DNA of 63,625 nucleotides, filler included, from Aduncisulcus paluster (lineage: Eukaryota): assembly GCA_024181965.1 (NCBI GenBank). It is 7 parts of 7 records of this genome, joined end to end, with 100 filler letters (N's around TTAATTAATTAA, not from the genome) between each part and the next. Parts side by side here need not be neighbours in the genome. Positions count along the whole stretch, not along the records: positions 31,240 to 49,398 come from BQXS01012614.1; 6 more parts are not named here. One strand, given 5' to 3'. A program made the translations under genes and the position numbers. This document shows, one piece after another, positions 33,675-45,461 of the stretch. The first letter of the stretch is position 1. Each line of letters starts with the position of its first letter. The notes under the pieces were generated by a model. That model saw nothing but the letters and a program-made list of their open reading frames with translations, ran no database searches and was not told where the DNA came from.

Positions 33675-36227
33675 TTAAAATCTTTTACCCAAGTGAGTTT
33701 TGAACTTTAGAAGCTTCTTTTTCCTCATCTTTTTAATGGGTTTTAATTCTCCCGTCTGATAAGCTAACATTAACTTCTTTAAAGCTTCGATACGCTCAGT
33801 AATAGCATGCCCATCATCAGTATCCTTAATCATGAGTCGTTCAGGGAATTCTGTTACTTTTACAAGTCTGCTGGTAACCTGTTTTCCATGAATAACATCT
33901 TTTTTACCAGTGAAAGGCTTATGTTGGCATAAAAATAGCTCATGAGAGTCGCAAACGAGAGTGAAACCGGCAATACCGGTTGTAGGTTGATAAGCCCGGC
34001 TAAAACCGCCATCGATGCATAACATCTTCCCTCCCGCTTTCATTGGTTGTTCTCCCTTCTTCACTTTAACAGGAGTGTGCCCAGTTACAACATATTTAAT
34101 CCCTCCCATTGATGGCACTTCAAAATCAGCTATAATGCTATCTACAACGGTTTCATCATCTCGATATGAGAAGAATGGATCAGGTATTTCCTTCTTAGCC
34201 TTCTTATCCGCAATAAAATGTCCTTCAAATGTGGCCATGTGACTCCTTCCGAACAATGGACTCTTTGGAGAACACCAACACCAGAAGAACATATCAAGAC
34301 CAAGATCCTTTCGGTTCTTAACGTACTGTTTAAGGATACGCTTGTTATCTTCGAGTGTTAACACAGAACAAGAAGAATCTTCAACCTTACAATGGGCTTC
34401 TTTGGCATCTCTTGCTCGTTGAGAGAATGAGAAAGAGGAAGTTGGAGCCACAATCTCAAGGGAAGCAGAGAGATGATCGTCACTCCTATTCGTCAAAAAG
34501 AACCCATCTCTAAGTTGTCTCTCGAGTGTGTCATACAATGCTTTCCCTTTCAAAGTAATACCTTCTTCTTTCCCTGTTATATCAGAGATGTGAGGGATTG
34601 TGACCTCTGACAACTTCCCATCGGTATCCAGTGGAACACAACCATGGAAAAGAAGGGCTCCATTGTAACATTTATACAGACTTCCTTTGTCCATGAGGAA
34701 CTTACAGTGTTTCTCAAGCTGGGGAGAATGAGTGAAGGCATAACAGAGCTGTTGAATCACATCTTTCTCTTCTTGTGTCAGGGCATAGGGGTCTGTTGGA
34801 TCGACTGTGGGGAAGTTAGAGTCAAGGAGATCATGTGTGGAGCCATTGGGAAGGGTGATAGTGAGTGCTTTGGTAGTGCTTGAAGAGCTTGATGCTTGGG
34901 AGGGGTCATACAGGAGATCTGATGTAGCTTTTGGTTCACAAGATAGTTTTGAAGAACAAGCAGGTCCAGTTAATCCTTCAGAATCGACTGTGGTACTGGT
35001 AATAATAGGATCGGGTCCTTGACAATCCTCAAAATTGATACGATGGAGCATATTACGATTGGTCATGTTAAATATATGTCTCCTTTCAATGAGTTGACCC
35101 TCTAATTTAAACTGAATGATAGCAATGGCCTTCTGCATTTTGCTGACAAGTTCCACATCTCTCATCATCACTTCATCACCAGATTCATCAACATCCTCTT
35201 CATCGCCAGTAGTAAAATAGGGAGAAGAAGAAGTGGAAGAGGAAGTGGAGGAAGTCACCTTAATATCTGACTCGAATTTATGATGGTCTTCAGAGGAATC
35301 GAACATACGGCGACGGACTTTCGGTTGGAACCGTTCACAGGGATCGTCTGCATATATTTCAGAGGCCATACGAGCCAGAGGGAGTAAATTAATACCATAT
35401 CCGACTTCAAGTGTCTCAAGATTCATATATCTCAGAGATATCCTCACTGCGCAAGCAACACACGGTAATGATCCAGCACACGCTCCAAGCCACAATACAT
35501 CATGATTACCCCACTGTATATCGACATCGTGGTACTGCATGAGTGTGTTCATGCATAAATGTGCCCCGGAACCTCGATCAAAAACATCTCCAACAATGTG
35601 GAGTTTGTCAACTGCCAATTTCTGAATTAGATGACATAAAGCAATAATAAGTTCGGGACCTTGACCGACAGAAACGACAGATTGAATGATTGCCGTGTAA
35701 TATCTGGATTTATCCTTGTCCTTTTCTTGCTCATTGAGTAATTCGTCCATGATATATTTAAACCTATCAGGAAGCATTTTATAAACCTTGGAACGCGTGT
35801 ATTTGGTACTTATAAGCCTTGAAATCACAACTACCTGATAAATAAGAGTACACAACAATTCCCTACGATCTTCCTCTTCCTCTATATCTTCAAGGAGAAG
35901 CGGCAGTTTTTCTTCAGGATAATAAATCAAAGCTGCCAAAGCATTACGTTGAGACTTAGGTAAGGAGAAGGACCACATTTTTTCGATCTTCTTCCGCACA
36001 TTTCCAGAAGCAGAGCGAAGGAAGAAATCAAATGCTTCAAATTCTCCATGAATATCACTAATAAATTGTTCGGTTGCTTTGGGAAGGGCTAACACAGCTG
36101 ACAAGTTTATAAGTTCAGTGGAAGCGAAATCTTCGTTGGGAAATGTATATTGAAGTGATTTTAGATACTGCATCAATGAAACAGTTTCCTTACTCCCTTC
36201 AATGGATGATAATGGATCAAATGACAT
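33675..36227 (-). CDS. fbp: Fructose-1,6-bisphosphatase class III (Firmicutes type), 850 aa
   Basis: Motifs LPKATEQFISDIHGE, GDVFDRG, DIQWGNHD, LFHGCVP, GHTPVK and IDGGFSRAYQPTTGIAGFTL are characteristic of the Bacillus/Clostridium-type FBPase (metallophosphoesterase fold). The first in-frame ATG is at 36227. Confidence 0.92.
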   Translation of the reverse strand: MSFDPLSSIEGSKETVSLMQYLKSLQYTFPNEDFASTELINLSAVLALPKATEQFISDIHGEFEAFDFFLRSASGNVRKKIEKMWSFSLPKSQRNALAALIYYPEEKLPLLLEDIEEEEDRRELLCTLIYQVVVISRLISTKYTRSKVYKMLPDRFKYIMDELLNEQEKDKDKSRYYTAIIQSVVSVGQGPELIIALCHLIQKLAVDKLHIVGDVFDRGSGAHLCMNTLMQYHDVDIQWGNHDVLWLGACAGSLPCVACAVRISLRYMNLETLEVGYGINLLPLARMASEIYADDPCERFQPKVRRRMFDSSEDHHKFESDIKVTSSTSSSTSSSPYFTTGDEEDVDESGDEVMMRDVELVSKMQKAIAIIQFKLEGQLIERRHIFNMTNRNMLHRINFEDCQGPDPIITSTTVDSEGLTGPACSSKLSCEPKATSDLLYDPSQASSSSSTTKALTITLPNGSTHDLLDSNFPTVDPTDPYALTQEEKDVIQQLCYAFTHSPQLEKHCKFLMDKGSLYKCYNGALLFHGCVPLDTDGKLSEVTIPHISDITGKEEGITLKGKALYDTLERQLRDGFFLTNRSDDHLSASLEIVAPTSSFSFSQRARDAKEAHCKVEDSSCSVLTLEDNKRILKQYVKNRKDLGLDMFFWCWCSPKSPLFGRSHMATFEGHFIADKKAKKEIPDPFFSYRDDETVVDSIIADFEVPSMGGIKYVVTGHTPVKVKKGEQPMKAGGKMLCIDGGFSRAYQPTTGIAGFTLVCDSHELFLCQHKPFTGKKDVIHGKQVTSRLVKVTEFPERLMIKDTDDGHAITERIEALKKLMLAYQTGELKPIKKMRKKKLLKFKTHLGKRF

Positions 36228-36662
36228 TTGATTGTTGGACAAACATAGACAATATCAGCAAAAAAATAATAGTTGAAATAATGACTTTATTTAAGATATT
36301 TAACATATACTGTACGAAAAGTTAATTTATAATGCTTAAATCGTTAATAGATTAATTAAAAAATCGCTAAATGCTTGAGATACAGTTGCACTAACCTTGT
36401 TCCGAACGGTTCTAAAAATAGAACAATATTCAATTTAAGATATTGACATCTCATTTTTGAGAAAATAAACGCGGAAAAAAAAGAATAAACAATTCAAACA
36501 TCCAAAATTGCAAAGAAAAAAGAATAAATATGACAAGAAGAGAAGTTATGAGAGACCTCATATTATCATCGGATGAAAGATCACAGGTAATATTTATATG
36601 AATGAATCAGTATTTTCTTAACATTGGAATAAGAATTGAACAATCGATTAGTCCAGTCCAGT

Positions 36663-37655
36663 TTAGAATTGGACGAGTACTCCACTTGCAGCTTCTCCAC
36701 CAACGAACAATCCAACCCCTTCAACATATTTCATCACTCGAATAGCTCCCAAACAACCTCCAAAAGCCCACAAAAGCTTCCCACTTTCTATCTCATGTGC
36801 ATGTAAATTCCCAGAAGCATCTCCACTGACGACAATGCCATCGCTGGAGCAGAGACATGTTACAGGACAAGAACGATGTTTGTCAAAGGGGACAAACTCA
36901 CCAGTGGAGCTAAACAGATGATACACATTCCCGTCAGCACTTGAAACAAAGAGATTTCCGGCTGTTGCCTCAACAACATCAGTGATAGTTCCGACTGTTG
37001 ATAGTGGCCATTTCCTTTTATATGTCACATCGATGACTTCTCCAGCTGTATTCCCGGCAAAAACTGTCCTTGGATCCTTGGATGGAGAGAGACATATAAT
37101 TGGAGCTTTTGTTTTTAACTTGTTAATGATGGATTGAGATCCCAAATCAAAGGCAGCAACACCACATTTTTTACAACCAACAAAGATACAATTGGCTGAA
37201 GAATTCATGCACATGCTCATAATTGGTCCCATTCCAACGGGAATAGAGTTGACTTCTTTCCTACGCCGTAAATCCCACACCTTAATACATCCATCGTACC
37301 CACCAGTATAACAGAAATTCTCTTGAACCGTTAAGCAAGAGACATTTTTATGGAAACCAAGGTCTTGAGCACGAGCAGATCCACGTGGCCAGAATAACAC
37401 ACGACTGTCCATACCTGCGCTAACAATACCACCAGTGGAAGTATATGAACATGCAACAACCCATTCTTGATGGCCATTTAACTTGAAAAGTTCACGTTTA
37501 CAACGGCCTCTCGAATCCCAAATTCGCAAAGCATGATCACTACTAGCGGTCACAAATTCATCCATATCAGGTTTATAATCAACATCAAATATTGTTCCCC
37601 TACTAATTTCATGTCCTTCAAATTCAATTGATCCAGTTGGTTTTCTCCTAAACAT
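36663..37655 (-). CDS. WD40-repeat protein (330 aa, single propeller)
   Basis: GH...TASSDHALRIWD, GHQEWVVAC...SAGMDSRVLFW and TGGYDGCIKVWD motifs. Confidence 0.88.
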   Translation of the reverse strand: MFRRKPTGSIEFEGHEISRGTIFDVDYKPDMDEFVTASSDHALRIWDSRGRCKRELFKLNGHQEWVVACSYTSTGGIVSAGMDSRVLFWPRGSARAQDLGFHKNVSCLTVQENFCYTGGYDGCIKVWDLRRRKEVNSIPVGMGPIMSMCMNSSANCIFVGCKKCGVAAFDLGSQSIINKLKTKAPIICLSPSKDPRTVFAGNTAGEVIDVTYKRKWPLSTVGTITDVVEATAGNLFVSSADGNVYHLFSSTGEFVPFDKHRSCPVTCLCSSDGIVVSGDASGNLHAHEIESGKLLWAFGGCLGAIRVMKYVEGVGLFVGGEAASGVLVQF

Positions 37656-37826
37656 TTCTTTGTAATCAAAAAAAGAAAAATTAGATCTAGCATCCGAGTT
37701 TATTGGATTCAGGGCATTGAAAATGGATTTAAAAAGATAAAATAAAGTCTCAAACCTAAAATAATATCATTTAATTCTTTTATTAATAATATAACATTCG
37801 TAGTAATCCAATAGAAACGATTTCAC

Positions 37827-40308
37827 TCAAGGGGTTGATTCAGATGTCCCTGATGAGATTTGATTATCCTCAGTGCAACTCTCTTGAATGGATGTCACAA
37901 CTTGCATAATATCATCATCTAATTCTACTCCATTTTCCCTACATATGTGAAACATTCTTACAACAGTGGCTCTCAACAAAGTCAGATCAATTTTAGCGAG
38001 ATCAAGAAGCCTGAATAAAGTAACATTATCACACGATTGAGTTTCAAATGAAGAAAGTGTATCCGAATCAAACATCAATTTACGGCCAGCCTGCCCACTA
38101 ATCTCGGTCCCACTAGCACTGACATGAGCATTGGAGACACCACTATGTGGGAAAGATGAGGTCTCTGTCTCCGAAAAGCCAATGNNNNNNNNNNNNNNNN
38201 NNNNCCTGGATTGATAAAGGGAAGGAAGAAGAGGAAGAGGGGGGGAGAGAAGAGGGAGGACCGGTGAAAGGCGAAGGTTGAAGAGGTCCTGGATGGTGTG
38301 GCAGCATGCCAGGTGTTCCCATCGGTTGGGATGAGAATGCCGGAATATGGCCAGAAGGTGAGAAAGAAGAGAAAGAGGAGGAAGAGGAGGAAGAGGAGGA
38401 AGAGGAGGAAGACGTTGAGGTGGTCGAGGGAACAATAAAGGCAGACGAAGGGTGAAGAAATGAACAAAACTTTTCATTTTTATCCATGGAATTTGATGCG
38501 CGTGACGTGGAAGAATACGAAGACATTGCCGGAGAAGATCTTACTGAATAACGTGATGATCCGGGATACTGATGACCACCAATTGAATGTTGTTGACCAC
38601 CAATTGAATGTTGTTGACCACCAATTGAATGTTGTTGACCACCAATTGAATGTTGTTGACCACCAATCGAATGCAACGATGGCACACCCAATTGACGATA
38701 GTCTGGTTGTTGAGTATGGGCATGTGAGGATGGCATTGAGGAGATGGAAGAGAGGAAAGGGCTGACACCAGAGGAGGAAGCGGGCGGAATCATACTCATA
38801 CTGAAAGAGTTCTGTTCGCGTTCAGCTTCATCGATTTGTTCCATCTCATGCTCAACTTCTCTGTATTTCCCTTGTAACAGCATCCGTCCAATTCTTCTTT
38901 CTCTTCGTTTCCCACCCCAAATAATGTCTTCTTCCTCTTCTTCCCGCTGCATGGCACCAGCATCGCTCTCCTCGTCATCCTCAACATCCCATTGGAACCC
39001 TGTGGAAGGCAGATCAAGGTTAATGCCACTCCTGTTCACGTTGATTGTGTTGCTCCCAGATAAACATATGCCTCGAACAACGTCACAGCCATACCGATTG
39101 CAGACTCGAGCAACTCTAATTCCGGCACTGGTTGAGAAAGTTGATGAAGCGGCTAAAGGTGAGCCTCTACCGATCTGGCATGAGAATCGAGTGAGATTGG
39201 ATAACAACGTTGAAGGGGCCATTGCATCTGGAAGCGAGAGATACCCCACAAGAGGAGTATAAGTCCCTCTGAAGAACGACCCTTCTTCACGCGGCTGTGG
39301 TTCATCTGATATTTGATACTCAATGTCCCCGGAGAGCCGTGATGGTTCCATGCACACAGATATCATGTCGGCATCGGGTGCAACATGAAACTTTGATAGA
39401 GAATGCAGATATGTTGATGATAGGACGGCACTGTCTTTGCTATCGGATGAATGGAGCTCCCTGAACCTATTGGCATACCGATGACCATTGAAATAGGCAC
39501 CCACTTTGTGTGATGTTAGTAATGATTGGATATTTCCACTTGTAACTGACGCACCGATTCCATCAACGGCTTTGGTGCCTTTCTTCTGGCTTGCAAGATG
39601 TTTGGACCTAGAAATGAGGAAAAGAGCCCAGAACTCACGAGTGGTCATCGAAAGTGGAACAAATTGCCGGAATAAGTTCTCAGCTTCCGGATATTCTTTA
39701 AATATGTGTTGAGCATTCTCTTCTGAAATATGAACATCCACAGGTATTTTTTCATCTTTTTTACCCTCTTTTACACTCACTAACGTATCAAGAAGGGACG
39801 TTTGGGCACCTGAGAGGGCAAGGGATGAACTGGGGCGTCCTATCATTTCTTTTCCTGCTCGCGAGTTATGAATGGCCTTTGTAGCAGCTATTATGCCGGA
39901 AATAGATGGTATTTTTGATATTCCTATGAACGAATGCATTTTGGGTTGGGAAGGGGGGAGTGATTTGGGTTCCATATTTGTTTCTTTAGCTTCAATTACT
40001 TTTTTAAATTTTTTATCGGCAGCTCTCTTTAATACTAATGATTGAACTGTTTTTACATGCTCTTTTGGGATAGTTATAACATTAATCTCTCTACTGGTCA
40101 TTCCTTCAATATCTTCAACAGCAAACCGGATATAATCATTCGATTTACCTTTTCTTTCACGGATTTCGAAGACTATAATATTTGAAAACGCTATATCAAA
40201 CGTGTGGGAGCTTGAACTTATCATAAATCGGTCAACAAAGAACTTAACGTCGATATGTTCTCGTTGACCACTTTGTACGTATTTAACACCTTTCCATCTT
40301 ATGATCAT
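37827..40308 (-). CDS. TFIIH p62/Tfb1-like protein, copy 2 (spans the 20-N gap at 38185-38204)
   Basis: Near-identical to copy 1. The C-terminal part (IGFSETET...LFRLLDLAKIDLTLLR...SESTP*) lies beyond the gap in ORF 37827..38477. Confidence 0.7.
38570..38673 (-). repeat. Coding minisatellite, 21-nt unit (HSIGGQQ) x5; copy 1 has x3 at about 31424-31484
   Basis: TGTTGACCACCAATTGAATGT units read directly. Confidence 0.9.
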
Positions 40309-40709
40309 TAATATTCTATAATGTACTCTTTAGTAGTGCCTCCCAAACAACGATTGTTTTCCCAAGTCTTCAAATACACAATCAATGACTTTTGTTTCGA
40401 GATTTTTCATTGTCGAAAGGAGATTTAAATATCTTCTTTCATTTCTAATTTGATGTAATCTTTCAAATGCCCAAGATAGCCGAAACTATCCAAAATAGTA
40501 AGGAATTTATATTTGGTTAAAGGAATACAATAAAATGGTATATAAAAAGCGATATAGTATTCTTATCGATAATTCAACCTTTTCGAATTGAGACAAAAAC
40601 AAAAAACTCATTTTTTGAGACCAACTGTCGTATTACTTGTTATACACTCTTTATTTTCTTTATTGATTACAATTTTAGTGTTAAATCACCTTAAATTTAT
40701 TTATTTTCA

Positions 40710-43700
40710 ATGCTTTTTCAATCAGTAAGGGAACTTCTCTGCGAACATAAGGTATTACAGATTGAATATGTGAAAGAATATGTTATTGCATTACTAGAAT
40801 CTGGCTCTGTGAAATGTTGGAATCTTGCTCTGACAGATTCACCTCCCATCCACCTCGAAACTGGATTTGATGTTCGTGCCACTTCATCCTGTAAGCTTCA
40901 TGTTGCACCCTTTCAAGGTGCTCTTGGTGTAGCTGTTAGTGTTTTTATTACTGGTTTAAAAGGTATTCAGTTTTTATTAACTAGACAATCCTTTTTAGTT
41001 GATGTCCCCCCTTCAATTATCAAATTCGATGGAAGTGACTTATTTACAAGTGCTGAATCAATAGGAATTAAATGTTTGATTCAATCTTATACTGGAGATT
41101 TGGTGGTTATCTCTTGTAAATCTGAGATAATGGTTTTTCAAGGATATCAGCCCAATTCTTTATCAGATCCAACTTCGTCGACATTTCCGACTTTACCTCA
41201 TGATGTCAAATCCACTGTACCTCTATTTTTGCTTCGTGCTCATTCATCTCCGATTATTCATCTTGCAATGGTGTGCCATGTTCTTCTATCAGTATCTCTC
41301 GATGGTTGCATTCACATTTGGGATCTTGATAAAGGAAAACTCAATGTTCGAATCCCATGTGAACGTGGAATCGTGACCCATATTTTCTCAGATATTATGG
41401 CTCAAAAGCATATCGATGATACTCTTCTTGAGAAACAACTATTCTTAGCTCCATCCGTTGACATGCCTCCTCCGCCATCAGAAGAGGAATTATATTCAAA
41501 TTTCCAGTCTGTTCTTATAATCATATGTATTGGATCAAAGATAAAAGCTGTTCGCCTGTCAAGGCGAGGTATTGTGACAACATCTGAATTTAACATACTT
41601 CCACAAATCCAAGATCTTTTCTATGGCCTCATTGATCGACCAATATACTCTCCATCGCCCATTGGCCAATATGGAGTTGGTGTGGATCCCCATACTCCTC
41701 GTTCAGTCTACTCGAAGGCACCCGATGCTCGCACACCCGTTGTTCTTGACGCCAGACCACACGTGATGAAAACATACGTACCAGTAGTGTCTCAACCGGA
41801 TCAGCATCAAGGTGGAGGCGGGCAAGGAGGTTCCTCTTCATCATCCGATGCTGGAGCGGGAGGATGGCAACTTCCTGACGATATTGTCACAATCAGGGGT
41901 GGGGTATTCCTCGGAAAGGGAGAGAAAATATGTGTGTGGGGAGATATGTTCTTTGCTATCGTCAATGTAGCCACAAATGCTATTGAAAATACGTTTATAA
42001 ATATAATATCAGATCAGACTTCTTCCCCACTGAAATCTATTTATAGATTATTAAGTATCGACTATGTTATTCGAGGGACAACCTCAAAGATCCCTCTTGC
42101 TTTTGTTAAATACCCCAAACATATATCCCAAGTTTCTCAAGACGATCCAACAATAGAACATGAAGAAGATGGAGAACAAGGTAAACTAGACGCTGATATT
42201 CCATCTGTTCACACTGATGATTGTGTGGTTTGTGTTGGAATGCTTGACTTGGCTTCATCTATTGCCGTTAAAGCTCAGCATCAGCAATTATCTGCAGATC
42301 TATTTCACCCACCGGTTGAGGCCGGTCTTCAAACCGGGATAATGCCCGGAGAAAGTGTCATTTTACCTGCATCTTCATACCATCCTCATAGTCCTATGTC
42401 CACTCCTGAAGGCAGGCCTCGTGGAGAGGATGTGATATCAATGGAAAGAAGGTCTGATGCACAACCATCTATGGGTGATCATCCTTCCTCCTCTTCCTCC
42501 TCTTCCTCCTTTTTGGCTGGTGGGGGAATATCAATGGTTGTTCTTGACCCTCCTGAGGACTCATTCTTATCCAAGGCACTTGCTTTGAATCCACATGTCA
42601 AACCCAAGAAGAAACATTCGTATGCATATTCACATCACATGCACCACGGTTATTCCTCATCAAGTTTCTCAACATCTTCTGCCTCATCAACCAAGAGAAT
42701 TGCAAAAATGCCAGTAACTTTTCACTCAAATATTAAGAGTAGTGGGTATGGTGGGGGTCCAGATCGGTATTCCGGATATTCTATTAATAGAACATCAGTG
42801 AGAAAGAGTAGCAAAATATCCCCAAGTCGTTCTGTGTCTTCTGCTGGCTCTGAATCAGAACGAGGTTCTTCTTCCCCCTCGAATAACTTTAAGCAATGCT
42901 TTTCTACCTCTCTCTCCGTCAGTACTCCGTGTGTTGAGTTTAGTCCCTCATCGAATAGTGTTTGTGTTGGTTCTACCGATGGATTTGTCAGAGTTATTAA
43001 AGGTGTGAGACAATTTTCAGAGTCCTCGTCATCTTCCTCCTCCTCGGCTTCACCTTCCCCTTCTTCCTCTTCAGCGGTTTCACCCTCTCATATTTCAGTC
43101 CTTGGGCATCATTCATCTCCAGTCCATTCAATACGCTGGGCTATGAGTGGCTCTCTTGTTCTCAGTTCATGCAGTGAGTCGATTTGTATGTGGAGAGTTG
43201 GAGGTAGTGCTGAAGGGAAAACCGATTCCACCCGGCTGATGCTTAAAATGCACGGTAGAAACCGGAGTGGAGATGTTTCAAACCCCGATAATCCCGCTCT
43301 AACTTCTATTTCCTGTGCACGATTCTTTGTGAAAGATAATATTATCGCAGCCTCGTCAGGTTCTTCTGTCCTATTGTACAAATATGCCATCCAAACCATC
43401 TCGAGTGAGGATTTGCTCAGGTTTGGTGATCTCAAACGGAACAAATACAAGCTAATTAAACAGGTTTCTTTTCCATCCCATAGCGTTACAACCTTTTCTT
43501 GCATCAACTATCATCCTTCTCCTTTCCTTTGTGTGGCCACATCTGACAAAGCCATACGAATATATGATTTACAGAAGGATAGAGAGGTACTTTGCTTTGA
43601 TCGAGCTCATTCACGGCCAGCTCATACCATTCAAAATCCTTTACTTCCACCCGCTCATCCTCCCTCTCCGGCAGCTTTTAATCTATTTGTCTCCGCCTCA

Positions 43701-43991
43701 TGCGATGGGTCTGTGAAGTTGTGGGATGTTCGGGCGGCTAAACTCGTACGAACTTTCACTCAGCATGTTAATAGAAGTCATAAATGTGGCTGTGCTTTCG
43801 ATTTGACAGCCACAAGATTATGCGTTGGAAGTGAGAATGGGTCTGCATATGTGTATGATATAGGTTCCGGTGCAGTCTTGAGTAGGCTGAGACCTCATAA
43901 AGATGCTGTTCTCGGTGTTGATTGGAGAAGTCCCGGTATTGTTACAAGTGGAGTTGATGCAACAATCCGTCTGTTTAGAGAATTAGATTAA
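40710..43991 (+). CDS. WDR27: WDR27-like WD40 protein (1093 aa)
   Basis: PVTFHSNIKSSGY, AHSRPAHTI, AFNLFVSASCDGSVKLWDVR and GSENGSAYVYD match motifs recalled from WDR27 orthologs. Confidence 0.72.
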   Translation: MLFQSVRELLCEHKVLQIEYVKEYVIALLESGSVKCWNLALTDSPPIHLETGFDVRATSSCKLHVAPFQGALGVAVSVFITGLKGIQFLLTRQSFLVDVPPSIIKFDGSDLFTSAESIGIKCLIQSYTGDLVVISCKSEIMVFQGYQPNSLSDPTSSTFPTLPHDVKSTVPLFLLRAHSSPIIHLAMVCHVLLSVSLDGCIHIWDLDKGKLNVRIPCERGIVTHIFSDIMAQKHIDDTLLEKQLFLAPSVDMPPPPSEEELYSNFQSVLIIICIGSKIKAVRLSRRGIVTTSEFNILPQIQDLFYGLIDRPIYSPSPIGQYGVGVDPHTPRSVYSKAPDARTPVVLDARPHVMKTYVPVVSQPDQHQGGGGQGGSSSSSDAGAGGWQLPDDIVTIRGGVFLGKGEKICVWGDMFFAIVNVATNAIENTFINIISDQTSSPLKSIYRLLSIDYVIRGTTSKIPLAFVKYPKHISQVSQDDPTIEHEEDGEQGKLDADIPSVHTDDCVVCVGMLDLASSIAVKAQHQQLSADLFHPPVEAGLQTGIMPGESVILPASSYHPHSPMSTPEGRPRGEDVISMERRSDAQPSMGDHPSSSSSSSSFLAGGGISMVVLDPPEDSFLSKALALNPHVKPKKKHSYAYSHHMHHGYSSSSFSTSSASSTKRIAKMPVTFHSNIKSSGYGGGPDRYSGYSINRTSVRKSSKISPSRSVSSAGSESERGSSSPSNNFKQCFSTSLSVSTPCVEFSPSSNSVCVGSTDGFVRVIKGVRQFSESSSSSSSSASPSPSSSSAVSPSHISVLGHHSSPVHSIRWAMSGSLVLSSCSESICMWRVGGSAEGKTDSTRLMLKMHGRNRSGDVSNPDNPALTSISCARFFVKDNIIAASSGSSVLLYKYAIQTISSEDLLRFGDLKRNKYKLIKQVSFPSHSVTTFSCINYHPSPFLCVATSDKAIRIYDLQKDREVLCFDRAHSRPAHTIQNPLLPPAHPPSPAAFNLFVSASCDGSVKLWDVRAAKLVRTFTQHVNRSHKCGCAFDLTATRLCVGSENGSAYVYDIGSGAVLSRLRPHKDAVLGVDWRSPGIVTSGVDATIRLFRELD

Positions 43992-45444
43992 TTAATTGGT
44001 TTGGATAGATTATGATAGTGTTGTACACTCTCTCTTGCACTTATCAGCCCTCAATCTCACTTCCACATCTGAGAACGTTATTTGTTTTTCTATATTTCTC
44101 ATGTATGATCTAAATTTAGATCAAAATTACCAACAGGATCCTTATCTATGGTTTATTTTATTTTATTTTATTTTATTTTTATTTTTTTCAGAACACAAAG
44201 ATTTAAACAAGTGAGTCACACGTAAAGTAATTGTTTACGATAAAAAAACCTGACCACTGGCCGTCTGTCAGTCTCCGGATATAGAGAAAGAGAATCCAAG
44301 AACAAAATAGAAAAAGAAAATTTTTTTTAGATGAGAAAATTCCTTAAGAAAATATAGTTAAGTTATCAAACATAGACAAAACAATTTAAAATTATAAAAC
44401 AAAAAATAACAAAATAGAGAAACAATAGAAACATTTTTTTTTTTAGCCCTTTTGTTTAAAATTTAAAATTTTAAATAGAAATAAGAAAAAAACAATAAGA
44501 TTAGTTATTTTTTAACCGAGAATCATAGTACTAATAAAAACAATAATAATATTATTTCAATTAATACGATTTAAAAGTAAGATATGGAAATTACCGTGTA
44601 AACTAAAACAGTCCAGAGTTTGTTGGGGGAGATCAATGTGAAAATTTGATCAACGATTATTTTTTCCAAAAATAAAATTATGTAAACTTTTGAGCAGAGA
44701 TGAAGGTAAGAGAAATCAAACAAAATTTAATTTAAAAGTGGTTAAATCCAGATGGAAGGTCAAGAAAAAAGTCACTCATTCTCTCTTGTATCTAAAAATA
44801 GAGCAAAGAATCAAAAAAATGGTTATTTTTTCTTGAGGAAAAATCGGAATATATAGAACTGTCACTTTTGTTTAATATTAAAAAACTCAATTCCAAGAAA
44901 GAGAGAGAAAAAAGAATAAGAGAGCAAAAAAAAAAAAAAAAAAAAAAAATTAAAAAAAAACGAGGAAATAATTTTTTTTTGTTGAAATTACTGTTTAGAA
45001 TAATACCAAACAACAAATAAAAGCATTAAATATTATATAAATAACAATAGAAAAAAGGAGAGAAATTTGACACGCCACAAAAAAAAAAAGTTAGGAAAAT
45101 ATAAATAAAAAATGTATTATTTATATGTAAATATATAATAAAATAATAAATACTTATATAAGTGATAACAATGATGACTGGTGTCGTTGTAAAATGCCTT
45201 CAAAATTATAAATAATGATGATAAGATAATGATAAATTGTGTGAGAGTAATCGCCAACACACACTCGAGCGAATGCATTCACATCAGACAACTGTATAAA
45301 AAAAAAGAGGGGAAAGGGGTGAAAAATGGAGAGAAATAATAGAAAGAAGAAACACTTAGTCAGGAAATGGGAGAAGGATGAAGCTGAAAAGAGATGAGGA
45401 ATCTATCTCTTCCACTCTCTCTCTTTCTTGGGGGAAATGATATC

Positions 45445-45461
45445 CACACACACACACACAC
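45445..45461. repeat. (CA)n microsatellite
   Basis: Read directly. Confidence 0.85.
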
